Positions 17,757 through 27,823 of a stretch of 64,000 nt of DNA are shown piece by piece. This DNA is from an uncultured Chloroflexia bacterium. GTDB taxonomy: Bacteria > Chloroflexota > Limnocylindria > Limnocylindrales > CSP1-4. The DNA is taken from the NCBI GenBank assembly GCA_963778025.1, contig CAVZTA010000016.1, forward strand, positions 132,609 to 196,608, written 5' to 3'. A model generated the notes under the pieces. That model did not search any database. It worked only from the letters and a program-made list of their open reading frames with translations, and was not told the DNA's origin. Within the stretch, counting starts at the first letter, position 1. Every line of letters starts with the position of its first letter. A program made the translations under genes and the position numbers.

Positions 17757-19238
17757 TTACGATGCCACCCCCTCGGGGGTGGCGGCGGCGGCTTCGGGCG
17801 CCGACGACTCGGTCTCGGCCGTGTCAGCAGGCGCCGAGGTGGCGTCCGGGGCGGCAGCCGCCTTGCGGCTTCGCTTGGCGGGGGTGGCGACCGCCGGTCC
17901 GGGCTCGGACGCCGCGGCCGGTGCGTCGCCGTTCGCGGCCCCGTCGCTGGCCGTCGCGACGTCCACCGCCACGGCGGCCTTGCGGGTCCGCTTGGCGGGT
18001 GCCTTGGCGACCGGCTCGGCCGCGGGCTCGGCGACCCCCTCGGGGATGACCGGTGCGGCGACGTCCATGACCGGGACCGCGTCGGCTTCGGCCTCGGCCT
18101 CGGCCGCGACGGACGGTTCGACCTCAGGCGCGTGCTCGGCAGAGCCGTTCGTGGCCTCCGTCGCGGGCGCGGCGGCCGGCGCGGTGTCACGAGGCCGAGC
18201 GTCGGCCGCGGAGACGTCGCTCCGGATGTCGATGCGCCAGCCCGTCAGTCGAGCGGCGAGCCGGGCGTTCTGGCCCTCCCGGCCGATGGCGAGCGAGAGC
18301 ATCCGCTCGGGCACGGTCACGTTGGCGATCCGGTGCTCCTCGTCGATGTCGACGCTCAGCACCTGCGCCGGCGACAGCGCGTTCGCGACGAACACCGACG
18401 CGTCGTCACTCCACGGGATGACGTCGATCTTCTCGCCCGCGAGCTCCGCGACGACCGCCTGGACACGCGCCCCGCGCTGGCCCACGGTCGCGCCGACCGG
18501 GTCGAGGCCGTCCTGACGAGACGACACCGCGACCTTGGAGCGGCTGCCCGCCTCACGCGCGATGGCCTTGATCTCGACCGTGCCGGCGTGGATCTCGGGC
18601 ACCTCGAGCTCGAACAGGCGGCGCAGGAAGCCCTTGTGCGTCCGGCTCACCAGGATCTGCGGTCCGCGCGCGGAGCGGCGCACCTCGAGCACGTACGCCT
18701 TGACCGGCTGGCCGATGCGGTAATGCTCGAGCGGGCTCTGCTCGCTGGTGGCGAGGATCGCCTCCACGCCCTTGCCCACGTCGAGGATGATCGCCCGGGG
18801 CTCCACGCGGCTCACCGAGCCGGTGAGCAGGTCGCCTTCACGGCTGGCGAACTGGTCGAAGACCTGGTCGCGCTCCACTTCACGGATGCGCTGGAGGATG
18901 ATCTGCTTGGCGGTCTGCGCGCCGATCCGGCCGAAGTGCTCGCCGTCGAGCTGTTCGGTCTCGACGAGGTCGCCAGGCTTCGCGTCGGTCTTGACCTTGC
19001 GCGCGTCGTCGAGCGTGAACTCGGTCAGGGGATCCTCGACCTCGGACACGGCGTAGCGAGCGCGGAACACGCGGATGGCACCGCTCTCCGGGTCGACCTG
19101 GACGTGGATGTCCTCTTCGCCCGCGACGCGGCGATATGCAGCCTGGATGCCCTCCTCCAGGGCACGCACCAGGACCTCTCGGGGAACCTGCTTTTCCGCG
19201 TTCAGCTGGAGGAGCGCACCGATGAAGTCTCGACTCAC
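17757..19238 (-). CDS. nusA: transcription termination/antitermination factor NusA with ~150-aa Ala/Pro/Glu-rich basic-repeat tail
   Basis: NusA N-domain, S1 (GDLLTGSVSRVEPRAIILDVG) and KH1/KH2 (VSSRQDGLDPVGATVGQRGARVQAVVAEL, LSLAIGREGQNARLAARLTGWRIDI). GTG 19238 is 7 nt after GGAGG. The GTG 19253 start in the track overlaps the RBS. Confidence 0.9.
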   Translation of the reverse strand: MSRDFIGALLQLNAEKQVPREVLVRALEEGIQAAYRRVAGEEDIHVQVDPESGAIRVFRARYAVSEVEDPLTEFTLDDARKVKTDAKPGDLVETEQLDGEHFGRIGAQTAKQIILQRIREVERDQVFDQFASREGDLLTGSVSRVEPRAIILDVGKGVEAILATSEQSPLEHYRIGQPVKAYVLEVRRSARGPQILVSRTHKGFLRRLFELEVPEIHAGTVEIKAIAREAGSRSKVAVSSRQDGLDPVGATVGQRGARVQAVVAELAGEKIDVIPWSDDASVFVANALSPAQVLSVDIDEEHRIANVTVPERMLSLAIGREGQNARLAARLTGWRIDIRSDVSAADARPRDTAPAAAPATEATNGSAEHAPEVEPSVAAEAEAEADAVPVMDVAAPVIPEGVAEPAAEPVAKAPAKRTRKAAVAVDVATASDGAANGDAPAAASEPGPAVATPAKRSRKAAAAPDATSAPADTAETESSAPEAAAATPEGVAS

Positions 19239-19278
19239 GAGTGCGCCTCCCACAACGGTGACGACGGCACGCCCCTGA

Positions 19279-19308
19279 CACGAAGAAACGTGGGTGGGTC
19301 ACCCACGT
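19279..19308 (-). terminator. terminator-like hairpin in nusA leader (also downstream of ispG)
   Basis: Minus strand ACGTGGGTG-acc-CACCCACGT (9-bp perfect stem) followed by TTCTTCGTG. It lies between the candidate promoter and the nusA RBS. Confidence 0.5.
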
Positions 19309-19335
19309 CTCGGAGCGGCCGCCTCGATTGCCTCC

Positions 19336-19364
19336 ATCCTACCACGCGACCCTTCGCGGGCCAA
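19336..19364 (-). promoter_or_regulatory. candidate promoter for nusA operon (-35 TTGGCC, 17-nt spacer, TGgTAGGAT)
   Basis: The minus strand reads cTTGGCCcgcgaagggtcgcgTGGTAGGATgg. The spacing was counted directly from the sequence. Confidence 0.5.
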
Positions 19365-19444
19365 GAGCCCCCTGGTCAGCCGGCCCGCCCTCCTGGGCTG
19401 AGTCGCATCGAGACCGGGAAGGTGTCCGGGGGACGGCGGCAGGA

Positions 19445-20693
19445 TCAGGCCGCGTGCGGGGTCGCCGGGTAGCGACGGTCGACGTACGCCTCGAGGATGT
19501 CCTTGAACTCCTCGACCAGGCCGTCGCCGCGCAGCGTTCGGTCGAGCTTGCCGTCGATGAACACCGGGGCCACCGGCGCCTCGAACGTGCCGGGCAGCGA
19601 GATCCCGATGTCGGCGTGCTTCGACTCGCCGGGGCCGTTGACCACGCAGCCCATGACGGCGACCTTGAGCTCCTCGACACCCGGGTGCGATTCACGCCAG
19701 TCCGGCATGCGTGCCTTCAGGTAGTCCGTGATGTCCCGCGCCATCTCCTGGAAGAACGTGGACGTCGTGCGGCCACACCCGGGGCAGGCGGACACCTGGG
19801 GCGTGAACGAGCGCAGGCCCATCGACTGGAGGACCTGTTGCGCGACCTCGACCTCGCGCTCGCGGCCGGCGCCGGGCTCGGGGGTGAGCGAGACGCGGAT
19901 CGTGTCGCCGATCCCCTCGTTGAGGAGGATGGCCAGCGCCGCCGACGATGCGACGATGCCCTTGTCGCCCATCCCGGCTTCGGTGAGCCCGAGATGGAGC
20001 GGGTAGTCCGAGCGGGCGGCGAGCAGCCGGTAGGTGTCGACCAGGTCGCGCACGCCCGACACCTTCGCCGACAGGATGATCCGGTCATGCCCGAGGCCGA
20101 CCTGTTCGGCCAGCTCGGCGGAGCGCATCGCCGACTCGATCATCGCGTCGATCATCACGTCGCGCGCGTCCCGTGGCGCCGCGGCGCGGGCGTTGGCGTC
20201 CATCAGCTCGGTCAGGAGCTGCTGATCGAGCGAGCCCCAGTTGACGCCGATGCGCACCGGCTTGTCGTTGTCGACGGCGACCTTCACGATCGTCGTGAAG
20301 TTCTCGTCGTGGCGCTTCGTGCCGACGTTGCCCGGGTTGATCCGGTACTTCGCGAGCAGCCGCGCGGTCTCGGGATACTCCACCAGCAGCTGGTGGCCGT
20401 TGTAGTGGAAGTCGCCGATCACCGGCACGTCCACGCCCAGGTTGTCCCGGAGCTTGTGGATCATCTCGGGCACGGCCGCCGCGGCCTGGTCGGTGTTGAC
20501 CGTCACGCGGACGAGCTGCGAGCCCGCATGCGCGAGCCGCGCGACCTGGAGCGCGGTCCCGTCGGGGTCGGCGGTGTCGGTGTTCGTCATCGACTGGACG
20601 ACGACCGGGATGCGCCGACCCGACGAGCACGCCACCCACGTCCACGGAGACCGTGGGACGTCGTACCGGCCTCAGGCTGTCGGGGCTGGCCAT
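19445..20693 (-). CDS. ispG: 4-hydroxy-3-methylbut-2-enyl diphosphate synthase; one frame disruption near N-terminus
   Basis: ORF 19445..20635 carries the IspG blocks ([28 protein letters not shown]). The true N-end ([28 protein letters not shown]) is in another frame, starting at ATG 20693. Removing one base of the triplet at 20607-20609 gives ...[15 protein letters not shown]. Confidence 0.9.
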
Positions 20694-20698
20694 GGTGG

Positions 20699-21793
20699 TT
20701 ACTCGACGACGCCGCCGAGCCGGGCGATGTCGAACGCGGTGATCCAGATGAGGAAGGCGAACAGGAGCGCGAACCCGACGAGGTACGTCAGCCGCTCCGC
20801 CTGGAGCGACAGCCGGTTGCCGACCAGCGACTTCAGCACGATGACCAGCATCCGCCCGCCGTCGAGCGGCGGGAACGGCAGGATGTTCACGAGGGCCAGG
20901 TTGGCCGACAGCAACCCGGCGAAGTAGAGGGTGAAGACCGGGCCCAGGCCCCACAGGATGTTGCCGGTCTGGACGCCGATGCCGATGGGGCCGGCCGCTG
21001 ACGGCGGCGTGGTGGGGTTCTCGACGATGTTCTTGCCGAGCTCGGCGAGGCCGCCCAGGATGAGGTTCAGGGCACGCTGCGTCTGGTCCACGCCGATCGC
21101 CGCCGCGGCAAGGATGGGCCGCCCGGTGATGTACGAGCCGGTGTGGACGCCCTCGCTCCCACGGATGCCGAGGGTCCCATGGGTCGTGTCGACCTGGGCG
21201 GGCTGACGAAGCGTCACGGTGACCGGGCGGATCTGCCCGTCGCGGCGGACCTCGAGCGTGACCGTCGTGCCGGCGCTGCTCCGGATGCCCTCCAGGATCG
21301 ACGTCCCGAAGAACTCGAACTGACGGCCGTCGACGCTCAGGATCTCGTCGCCCGCCTGGATCCCGGCCGCCTGGGCCGGCGACTCCGCCTCGACCTGGCC
21401 GACGCGGACACCCATGTTGGGCGTGAACAGCCAGGCGATGAGGAAGAAGATGAAGAACGCGACGAAGAGGTTCATCAGCACGCCGGCGAGCAGGATGATG
21501 AGCTTCGTGACCAGCGGCGCGCGCTGGAACGAGCGCGGGTCGCCCGAGTCGTCGCCGTCCTCGCCCTCGAGCTTGACGAACCCGCCGATGGGCAGCCAGT
21601 TGAGCGAGTAGAGCGTCTCGCCGCGATTCGCGAGGACCTTCGCGCGGGGCGGGAAGCCGATGCCGAACTCGAGGACGCGCACCCTCGCCAGGCGCGCGGT
21701 GACGAAGTGGCCGAGCTCGTGGACGAGGACGAGCCCGCCCAGCATCACGACGAAGACGACGACGGTGATCAGGCTCTGGAGGAGCGCCATCAC
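20699..21793 (-). CDS. rseP: RIP site-2 metalloprotease (M50, RseP family)
   Basis: HELGHF zinc motif, central PDZ-like region, multiple TMs and LDGG near the C-end. dxr-rseP-ispG synteny. Confidence 0.9.
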   Translation of the reverse strand: MMALLQSLITVVVFVVMLGGLVLVHELGHFVTARLARVRVLEFGIGFPPRAKVLANRGETLYSLNWLPIGGFVKLEGEDGDDSGDPRSFQRAPLVTKLIILLAGVLMNLFVAFFIFFLIAWLFTPNMGVRVGQVEAESPAQAAGIQAGDEILSVDGRQFEFFGTSILEGIRSSAGTTVTLEVRRDGQIRPVTVTLRQPAQVDTTHGTLGIRGSEGVHTGSYITGRPILAAAAIGVDQTQRALNLILGGLAELGKNIVENPTTPPSAAGPIGIGVQTGNILWGLGPVFTLYFAGLLSANLALVNILPFPPLDGGRMLVIVLKSLVGNRLSLQAERLTYLVGFALLFAFLIWITAFDIARLGGVVE

Positions 21794-22971
21794 GCGACCC
21801 CCACGACCGGGCCCGTCGCGAATGCCGCACGCACCTCGGCATCGAGCGCCACCAGCTCGTCCACATCGGGCGCCTGGTCGGCGCCGTCCCCGAACCGCTC
21901 GACCGCAGCCTCGAGCAGCCGCGGGATACCCGGGAAGTCGAGCGAGCCGTCGAGGAACCGGGCGACCGCGACCTCGTCCGCGGCGATCAGCGCCGCCGAC
22001 GCGCGGGAGCCGGCCCGGCCCGCGTCGCGCGCGATGCGCAGCGCCGGGAACCGCATCTCGTCGGGCGCCCGGAAGTCGAGCCGGCCGGCACCGATGAGGT
22101 CGGGTGGGGCCGCGGGCGAGGGCATCCGGTCGGGATGCGTCAGGGCGTACTGGATCGGGAGTCGCATGTCGGGGGTGCCCAGCTGGGCCTTGAGGGAGCC
22201 GTCGACGAACCGGACGGCCGAGTGCACGACGCTCTGGGGGTGGATCACCACGTCGATCGCGTCATACGGGACATCGTATAGCCAGTGCGCTTCGATCACT
22301 TCCAGGCCCTTGTTCGCGAGGGTCGCCGAGTCGATCGTGATCTTCGCCCCCATCCGCCAGGTCGGGTGCCTGAGCGCCTGGTCGGGGGTCACGGCGGCAA
22401 GGTCCTCCGGCGCGTCGAGGAACGGTCCCCCGGACGCGGTCAGGACGAGACGTTCGACCCCCGCCATGGGTTCGCCGACGAGGCATTGCCAGATCGCCGA
22501 GTGCTCCGAATCGATCGGGCGGAGCCACGCGAGCGGGCTGGCCATCGGGTCGTCCGGGCTCGTCTCCGCGACCTCGGCGGCGCGCGCGCGCGCCTCGGCC
22601 ATCACGAGATGGCCGGCCATCACCAGCGTCTCCTTGTTCGCGGTCGCGACGACCTTCCCAGCGCGCAGCGCCGCCAGCACGGGCCGCAGCGAGACGACGC
22701 CGCCCGTGGCGACGACGACGAGATCGACGTCGTCGCGCGCGGCGAGCTCGGCGAGGGTCGCAGGCGTCGGCGCCACGGCCACCGTCGCGACGTCGAGCCG
22801 TCGTGCCTGCGCCGCCACCTCGTCCCGGTTCGAGCCGGTCGCCAGCGCCACGACCTCGAAGCGATCACGCAGCCGCTCCAGGACGTCGACCGCCTGGCGT
22901 CCGATGCTCCCGGTCGACCCGAGGAGCGCGACCCGGGTCTTGCCGGGCCTACCGGACGAGCGCGGCGACAT
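21790..22971 (-). CDS. dxr: 1-deoxy-D-xylulose 5-phosphate reductoisomerase
   Basis: LLGSTGSIGRQAVDV NADPH motif and the PIDSEHSAIWQC and NKGLEVIEAHWLY blocks. Confidence 0.95.
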   Translation of the reverse strand: MSPRSSGRPGKTRVALLGSTGSIGRQAVDVLERLRDRFEVVALATGSNRDEVAAQARRLDVATVAVAPTPATLAELAARDDVDLVVVATGGVVSLRPVLAALRAGKVVATANKETLVMAGHLVMAEARARAAEVAETSPDDPMASPLAWLRPIDSEHSAIWQCLVGEPMAGVERLVLTASGGPFLDAPEDLAAVTPDQALRHPTWRMGAKITIDSATLANKGLEVIEAHWLYDVPYDAIDVVIHPQSVVHSAVRFVDGSLKAQLGTPDMRLPIQYALTHPDRMPSPAAPPDLIGAGRLDFRAPDEMRFPALRIARDAGRAGSRASAALIAADEVAVARFLDGSLDFPGIPRLLEAAVERFGDGADQAPDVDELVALDAEVRAAFATGPVVGVA

Positions 22972-23782
22972 ACAGCGTGACCACCGGCGCCGCGAACAGG
23001 AACGAGTCCGTGCGATCGAGGATGCCCCCGTGGCCGGGGATGAGCGTGCCCGAGTCCTTGGCGCCGGCGGCGCGCTTGAGCATCGACTCCGCGAGGTCGC
23101 CCGCCTGCGCCGCGAGCCCCAGCAGCGGCCCGAGGATCAGGGCCTGGACGGGGTCCTGCCCCAATCCATCGAGCATGACCGCGACGACGACCGTGGACGC
23201 GACCAGCCCGCCGATCAGCCCGGCGTACGACTTGGACGGCGAGATGTGGGTCAGGAACTTCGCCCGTCCGAACTGCCGGCCGATGAGATACGCACCCGTG
23301 TCGTACGCCCAGACCCCCAGGACGAGCAGCAGGATCCACCCGCGCTGTCCGTCCAGGAACCCGCCGAGGGGCGCTGTCGACGGGACGGGCGGGGCCCCGG
23401 CGCCGAGCCGGACGATGAACGAGAGCAGGCTCACGTACAGGGCGCCGAAGACGGTCGTCATCCACGCGACCAGCCCATCGCGCGGATCGGTTCGCGCGAA
23501 CGCGCCGACGGCGACGAGGATCACGCCGATGGCGAGGAGCAGCAGGCCGCTTCGCTCCGGGATCGCCTGGAGACCCGCGTCCAGCACGAGGACGGCCGCG
23601 AGGACCACCCCGAGCCACGGCAGGCTGGGGTAGCCCGCGAAGCGCATCAGGCGGAAGACCTCCCAGGCGCCCAGGACCGCGGCCACGACGACGACCACGA
23701 GGATGGCCGGCCCGCCGATGACCAGGGCGATGACCAGCGGCGGGACGAGGACGGCCGCGGACAGCGCCCGCTCGCGCAGCAT
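22949..23782 (-). CDS. cdsA: phosphatidate cytidylyltransferase
   Basis: Polytopic membrane protein with the CTP-transferase signature SMLKRAAGAKDSGTLIPGHGGILDRTDS. Confidence 0.9.
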   Translation of the reverse strand: MLRERALSAAVLVPPLVIALVIGGPAILVVVVVAAVLGAWEVFRLMRFAGYPSLPWLGVVLAAVLVLDAGLQAIPERSGLLLLAIGVILVAVGAFARTDPRDGLVAWMTTVFGALYVSLLSFIVRLGAGAPPVPSTAPLGGFLDGQRGWILLLVLGVWAYDTGAYLIGRQFGRAKFLTHISPSKSYAGLIGGLVASTVVVAVMLDGLGQDPVQALILGPLLGLAAQAGDLAESMLKRAAGAKDSGTLIPGHGGILDRTDSFLFAAPVVTLYVAALVR

Positions 23783-23801
23783 CAGCCGGCCGAGAGGTTC
23801 G

Positions 23802-24626
23802 TCAGCGCCCGAAGCGCCGGGTGCGGCGCGCGTACTCGAGGAGCGCGTCGTCGAATGCCTGCGGCCCGAAGTCGGGCCAGAGCACGTCCGTGAACACGAG
23901 CTCCGCGTAGGCGCCCTGCCAGATCAGGAAGTTGCTGACCCGCTGCTCCCCACCGGTCCGGATGAGCAGGTCCGGGTCGGGCATGCCTGCCGTGTACAAC
24001 GCCTCCGAGATGGCGCGCTCGTCGATCGACTCGGGCGGTACGCCACTCGCCGCAAGGCGCCGGAACGCATCCACGAGCTCCGTCCGCCCGGCGTAGTTGA
24101 AGGCGATGTTGAGGAGGAGCCGGTCGCCGCCGGCGGTGCGGGAGAGCGCGTCCTCGATCGATGCGCGGGTCGCCGTCGGCAGCTCGTCACGGCGCCCGAG
24201 GAGCCGGATGCGGACGCCCTGGGCGCGCAGCTCGTCGGTCTCATCGCGCACCGCCTGTTCGAGCAACCCGAACAGCCAGGTGACCTCGTCGTCGGAGCGG
24301 GCCCAGTTCTCGCGGCTGAACGCGTACAGCGTCAGGACCGGCACGCCGCGTTTCACCGCGTGGCGCAGCAACCCCCGGATCGCCTCGACCCCCGCGGCGT
24401 GCCCCTCGAACTCGGGGCGTCCCTGGGCACGCGCCCAGCGCCGATTGCCATCCATGATGATGGCCACATGCCGCGGCAGCTCGTCGGGCGGAACGAGCGT
24501 GTCCGTGGCCGGGGCGTCCGGGCTCGCGAGCGCCGGCAGGTCGACCTCGGCGTGGGCGATCGGCGGCGCGTCCGTGGGTCGGGCCAGGTCGCCGCCGGTC
24601 GGACGCTGGTGCAGCGCTCGGGTCAC
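23802..24626 (-). CDS. uppS: di-trans,poly-cis-undecaprenyl-diphosphate synthase
   Basis: HVAIIMDGNRRWA and IRTGGEQRVSNFLIWQ motifs. Confidence 0.95.
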   Translation of the reverse strand: MTRALHQRPTGGDLARPTDAPPIAHAEVDLPALASPDAPATDTLVPPDELPRHVAIIMDGNRRWARAQGRPEFEGHAAGVEAIRGLLRHAVKRGVPVLTLYAFSRENWARSDDEVTWLFGLLEQAVRDETDELRAQGVRIRLLGRRDELPTATRASIEDALSRTAGGDRLLLNIAFNYAGRTELVDAFRRLAASGVPPESIDERAISEALYTAGMPDPDLLIRTGGEQRVSNFLIWQGAYAELVFTDVLWPDFGPQAFDDALLEYARRTRRFGR

Positions 24627-25183
24627 TAGACCTCGAGGACCTCCTGTTCCTTCGCCTGGCCAAGGCGGTCGACGTCGGCGATGTACCGATCGGTCAGCTT
24701 CTGCACCGCGTCGAGCGAGCGGCGGGACTCGTCGGTACCGACCGTCCCGTCCTTCTCTTCCTTCTTCAGCGCGTCGGCCGCCTCGCGACGGAGGTTCCGG
24801 ATCTCGACCCGGGCCTCCTCCATCCGCTTGTGGACGACCCGCACGATGTCCTTGCGACGTTCCTCGGTGAGCGGCGGGATGTTGAGCCGGACCACGGTGC
24901 CGTCGACGTTCGGGGCGAGCCCGATGTCGCTCTTGATGATCGCCTTCTCGATGCCGCCGAGGACGCTCCGGTCCCAGGGCTGGATGACGATCTGGTGCGC
25001 TTCCGGGACGCTGATGCTGGCGAGCTGGTTGAGCGCCGTGGGCGTGCCGTAGTAGTCGACCTGGATGCGCTCGACGAGCGACGTGCTGGCGCGGCCGGTG
25101 CGGATGCCCGTGAAGTCACGCTCCATGGCCTCGGTCGCCCGAGCCATCTTCCGCTCTGCCGTGGACAGGATCTCCGCGGTCAT
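24626..25183 (-). CDS. frr: ribosome recycling factor
   Basis: Full-length RRF pattern ([14 protein letters not shown]..., [15 protein letters not shown]). Confidence 0.95.
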   Translation of the reverse strand: MTAEILSTAERKMARATEAMERDFTGIRTGRASTSLVERIQVDYYGTPTALNQLASISVPEAHQIVIQPWDRSVLGGIEKAIIKSDIGLAPNVDGTVVRLNIPPLTEERRKDIVRVVHKRMEEARVEIRNLRREAADALKKEEKDGTVGTDESRRSLDAVQKLTDRYIADVDRLGQAKEQEVLEV

Positions 25184-25980
25184 GCGCGTACACCTCCGAG
25201 CGAGGATGACGCCGAGATCAGGGTGCCGACGGTCTCACCCACGGCGACCTTCAGGATGTTGTCCGGGACGTTCAGGTCGAACACGACGATGGGGAGGTCG
25301 TTCTCCATGCACAGCGACACCGCGGCAGCATCGAGCACCTTGAGCTGGTCGCGCAGGACGTCGTTGTAGCCGAGGCGCTGGTAACGGCGGGCGGTGGGAT
25401 CCGTCATCGGGTCCGCATCGTAGACGCCGTCCACCTTCGTCGCCTTGAGCAGGACCTCGGCGCCGATCTCGACCGCGCGCAGCGCGGCCGCCGTGTCGGT
25501 CGTGAAGTAGGGGTTGCCGGTGCCGGCCACGAAGATCGCGACGCGGCCCTTCTCGAGGTGACGGACGGCGCGCCGACGGATGTACGGCTCGGCGACCTCG
25601 TTCATCGCGATGGCCGTCATCACGCGCGTGGGGACGCCCGCGTGCTCGAGCGCATCCTGGAGGGCGAGGCCGTTCATGACCGTCGCGAGCATGCCGATGT
25701 AGTCGCCGGTCGCCCGGTCCATCCCCGTGGCAGCCGCGGCCAGGCCGCGGAAGATGTTGCCGCCACCGACGACGATGCCGATCTCGACGCCCTGGGCGTG
25801 GACCTGGCCGACCTGGCGGGCGATGAACGTGCAGAACGCGGGATCGACGCCGTACTGGCGGTCGCCGAGCAGCGCCTCACCGGACAGCTTGAGCAGGATC
25901 CGCCGATAGCGGAGCCGGCCCGGGCCGGTGGCAGTGGCGGCCGGGATGCTCGTCGCCTCGCCGGTGGGCGCGTCGCTCAC
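25180..25980 (-). CDS. pyrH: UMP kinase
   Basis: [20 protein letters not shown] and [11 protein letters not shown] blocks. GTGA overlap with the tsf stop. Confidence 0.95.
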   Translation of the reverse strand: MSDAPTGEATSIPAATATGPGRLRYRRILLKLSGEALLGDRQYGVDPAFCTFIARQVGQVHAQGVEIGIVVGGGNIFRGLAAAATGMDRATGDYIGMLATVMNGLALQDALEHAGVPTRVMTAIAMNEVAEPYIRRRAVRHLEKGRVAIFVAGTGNPYFTTDTAAALRAVEIGAEVLLKATKVDGVYDADPMTDPTARRYQRLGYNDVLRDQLKVLDAAAVSLCMENDLPIVVFDLNVPDNILKVAVGETVGTLISASSSLGGVRA

Positions 25981-26591
25981 GCGTCGCCTCCGGTGTCGAG
26001 GCTTTCGCCGAGCTCATAGCGCGTGAACCGCCGCACGACGATGTTCTCGCCGATGGTCGCGATCGCGTCCGTGATCAGCTGCTTCACGTTGATGTCGGTG
26101 TCGCGATAGGGCTGCTCGAGGAGCACGACCTGCTCGTACCACTTCCGGAGCTGTCCGTCGACGATCTTCTCGCGGACGTTCTCGGGGCGCGACTGGGTCA
26201 CGGGATCCTCGAGGATCTCCGTGCGCTTGGCGGCGAGCACGTCGGCCGGGATCGACTCGACGCTGACATAGCTGGGCTTGAGCCCCGCGACCTGCATCGC
26301 GAGGTTCCGGACGAGCGCCTGGAACTGCTCGTTACGGGCGACGAAGTCGGTCTCGGCGTTGACCTCGATGAGGACGCCGATGCGGCCGCCGGTGTGGATG
26401 TAGCTCGCGACGAGCCCGTCCTTGGCCTCGCGCCCGGCCTTCTTCTCGGCCGACGCGGCGCCGCGCTCGCGCAGGAGCGCGACCGCCTTGTCGACGTCGC
26501 CGCCGGTCTCCTCGAGCGCGCGCTTGCAGTCCATGAACCCGGCGCCGGTGCGCTCGCGGAGCTGCTTCACGGCCTCCGCTGTGATCGCCAT
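25977..26591 (-). CDS. tsf: elongation factor Ts (short form)
   Basis: UBA-like N-end [21 protein letters not shown] and the TDFVARN block. Confidence 0.95.
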   Translation of the reverse strand: MAITAEAVKQLRERTGAGFMDCKRALEETGGDVDKAVALLRERGAASAEKKAGREAKDGLVASYIHTGGRIGVLIEVNAETDFVARNEQFQALVRNLAMQVAGLKPSYVSVESIPADVLAAKRTEILEDPVTQSRPENVREKIVDGQLRKWYEQVVLLEQPYRDTDINVKQLITDAIATIGENIVVRRFTRYELGESLDTGGDA

Positions 26592-26705
26592 GCCTCGTGA
26601 TGCTCCTGTCGATGTGGTCGTGCGCGGCTGCGTGGCCGCGCGGTCGTTCGGGTGAGGTGGCCGGTCGCGAGGGCCCGCGTCGGGCGATCGTCGGCCGGCG
26701 TTCGG

Positions 26706-27644
26706 TCAGGCCTCGGCGGCCTCGCGCTCGGCGGCCTCGCGGGCGAGCTCCGCCTGGATCTCGTCCTCGCTGGCCTCCGGGACGACCGGGGCCTTGGCGC
26801 CCGGAGCGCCGGGCAGAAGGTCGTCCTCGAGGTCCGGCTCGAAGGTGAGCGGCTGACCCGCGGCGAGCGTCGCGAGGAGCTCGTCGCTGGCCGCATCGTC
26901 GAAGGCGGGCTCCTCGACCGTCTCGGCGACCGGCTCGGGCTCGGCGGATGCGCGGGCGGCGCGCATCTGGGCGCCCTCGATCGCGGCGTCGGCGACGAGC
27001 GAGCACAGCAGGCGGATCGCGCGGATCGCGTCGTCGTTGGCCGGGATGATGAAGTCGAGCTCGTCGGGGTCGACGTTCGTGTCGCCCGTGCCGACGACCG
27101 GCACCTCGAGCTTGTTCGCCTCGGTCACCGCGATGCGCTCGCGGTGCGGGTCGACGATGAACACGGCGCCGGGGAGGCGCTTCATCTTGCGGATGCCACC
27201 GAGCGTCGCGGTGAGCTTGTTCAGCTCCTCCGTGAGCAGCGCGGCTTCCTTCTTCGTCATCCGGTCGAAGTCGCCCGCCTGCTGGCGCGCCTCGAGCTGC
27301 TCCATGAGGCCGATGCGCTTGCGGATGGTGACGAAGTTGGTGAGCATGCCGCCCAGCCAGCGCTTGGTGACGAACGGCTGACCCGCCCGGATCGCCTCCT
27401 GCATCACCGGCTCCTGGGCCTGCTTCTTCGTCCCGACGAACAGGACGGCATCGCCTCGGGCGACGGTCTCGCGCACGAACTCGAGCGCGGTGTCGAGCCG
27501 CTTCGCGGTCTGGGCGAGGTCGATGATGTGGATCCCGTTGCGCTCCGCGAAGATGAACGGGCGCATCTTGGGATTCCAGCGGCGCGTCTGGTGGCCGAAA
27601 TGGACGCCGGCCTCCAGGAGCTGCCGCATCGAGACGGTGGGCAT
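26706..27644 (-). CDS. rpsB: 30S ribosomal protein S2 with acidic C-terminal extension
   Basis: [30 protein letters not shown] 27644 is preceded by AGGAGG. The start in the track (27728) lies in the leader. Confidence 0.95.
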   Translation of the reverse strand: MPTVSMRQLLEAGVHFGHQTRRWNPKMRPFIFAERNGIHIIDLAQTAKRLDTALEFVRETVARGDAVLFVGTKKQAQEPVMQEAIRAGQPFVTKRWLGGMLTNFVTIRKRIGLMEQLEARQQAGDFDRMTKKEAALLTEELNKLTATLGGIRKMKRLPGAVFIVDPHRERIAVTEANKLEVPVVGTGDTNVDPDELDFIIPANDDAIRAIRLLCSLVADAAIEGAQMRAARASAEPEPVAETVEEPAFDDAASDELLATLAAGQPLTFEPDLEDDLLPGAPGAKAPVVPEASEDEIQAELAREAAEREAAEA

Positions 27645-27823
27645 GGTGCGAGTGCCTCCTGCGGTTCGTTCCGCCGCGGACCCACGTGCGGGGACCGTCC
27701 GTGCGCTCCGTCGCGCGTCGGCCGGCACCGTCCCGCATCGTGCGGGGGCCGCGTGTGTGCTCCGTCACCGATCCCGGTGGACGGGCGGTTCGTGGTCATC
27801 GTGCCTCGCCGGGTGCGAGGCCC

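Noticed and set aside
19239-19444. A degraded rimP remnant between ispG and nusA
   Set aside because: Only about 206 nt are available, no frame gives RimP-like sequence, and the region is better explained by the promoter and hairpin elements.
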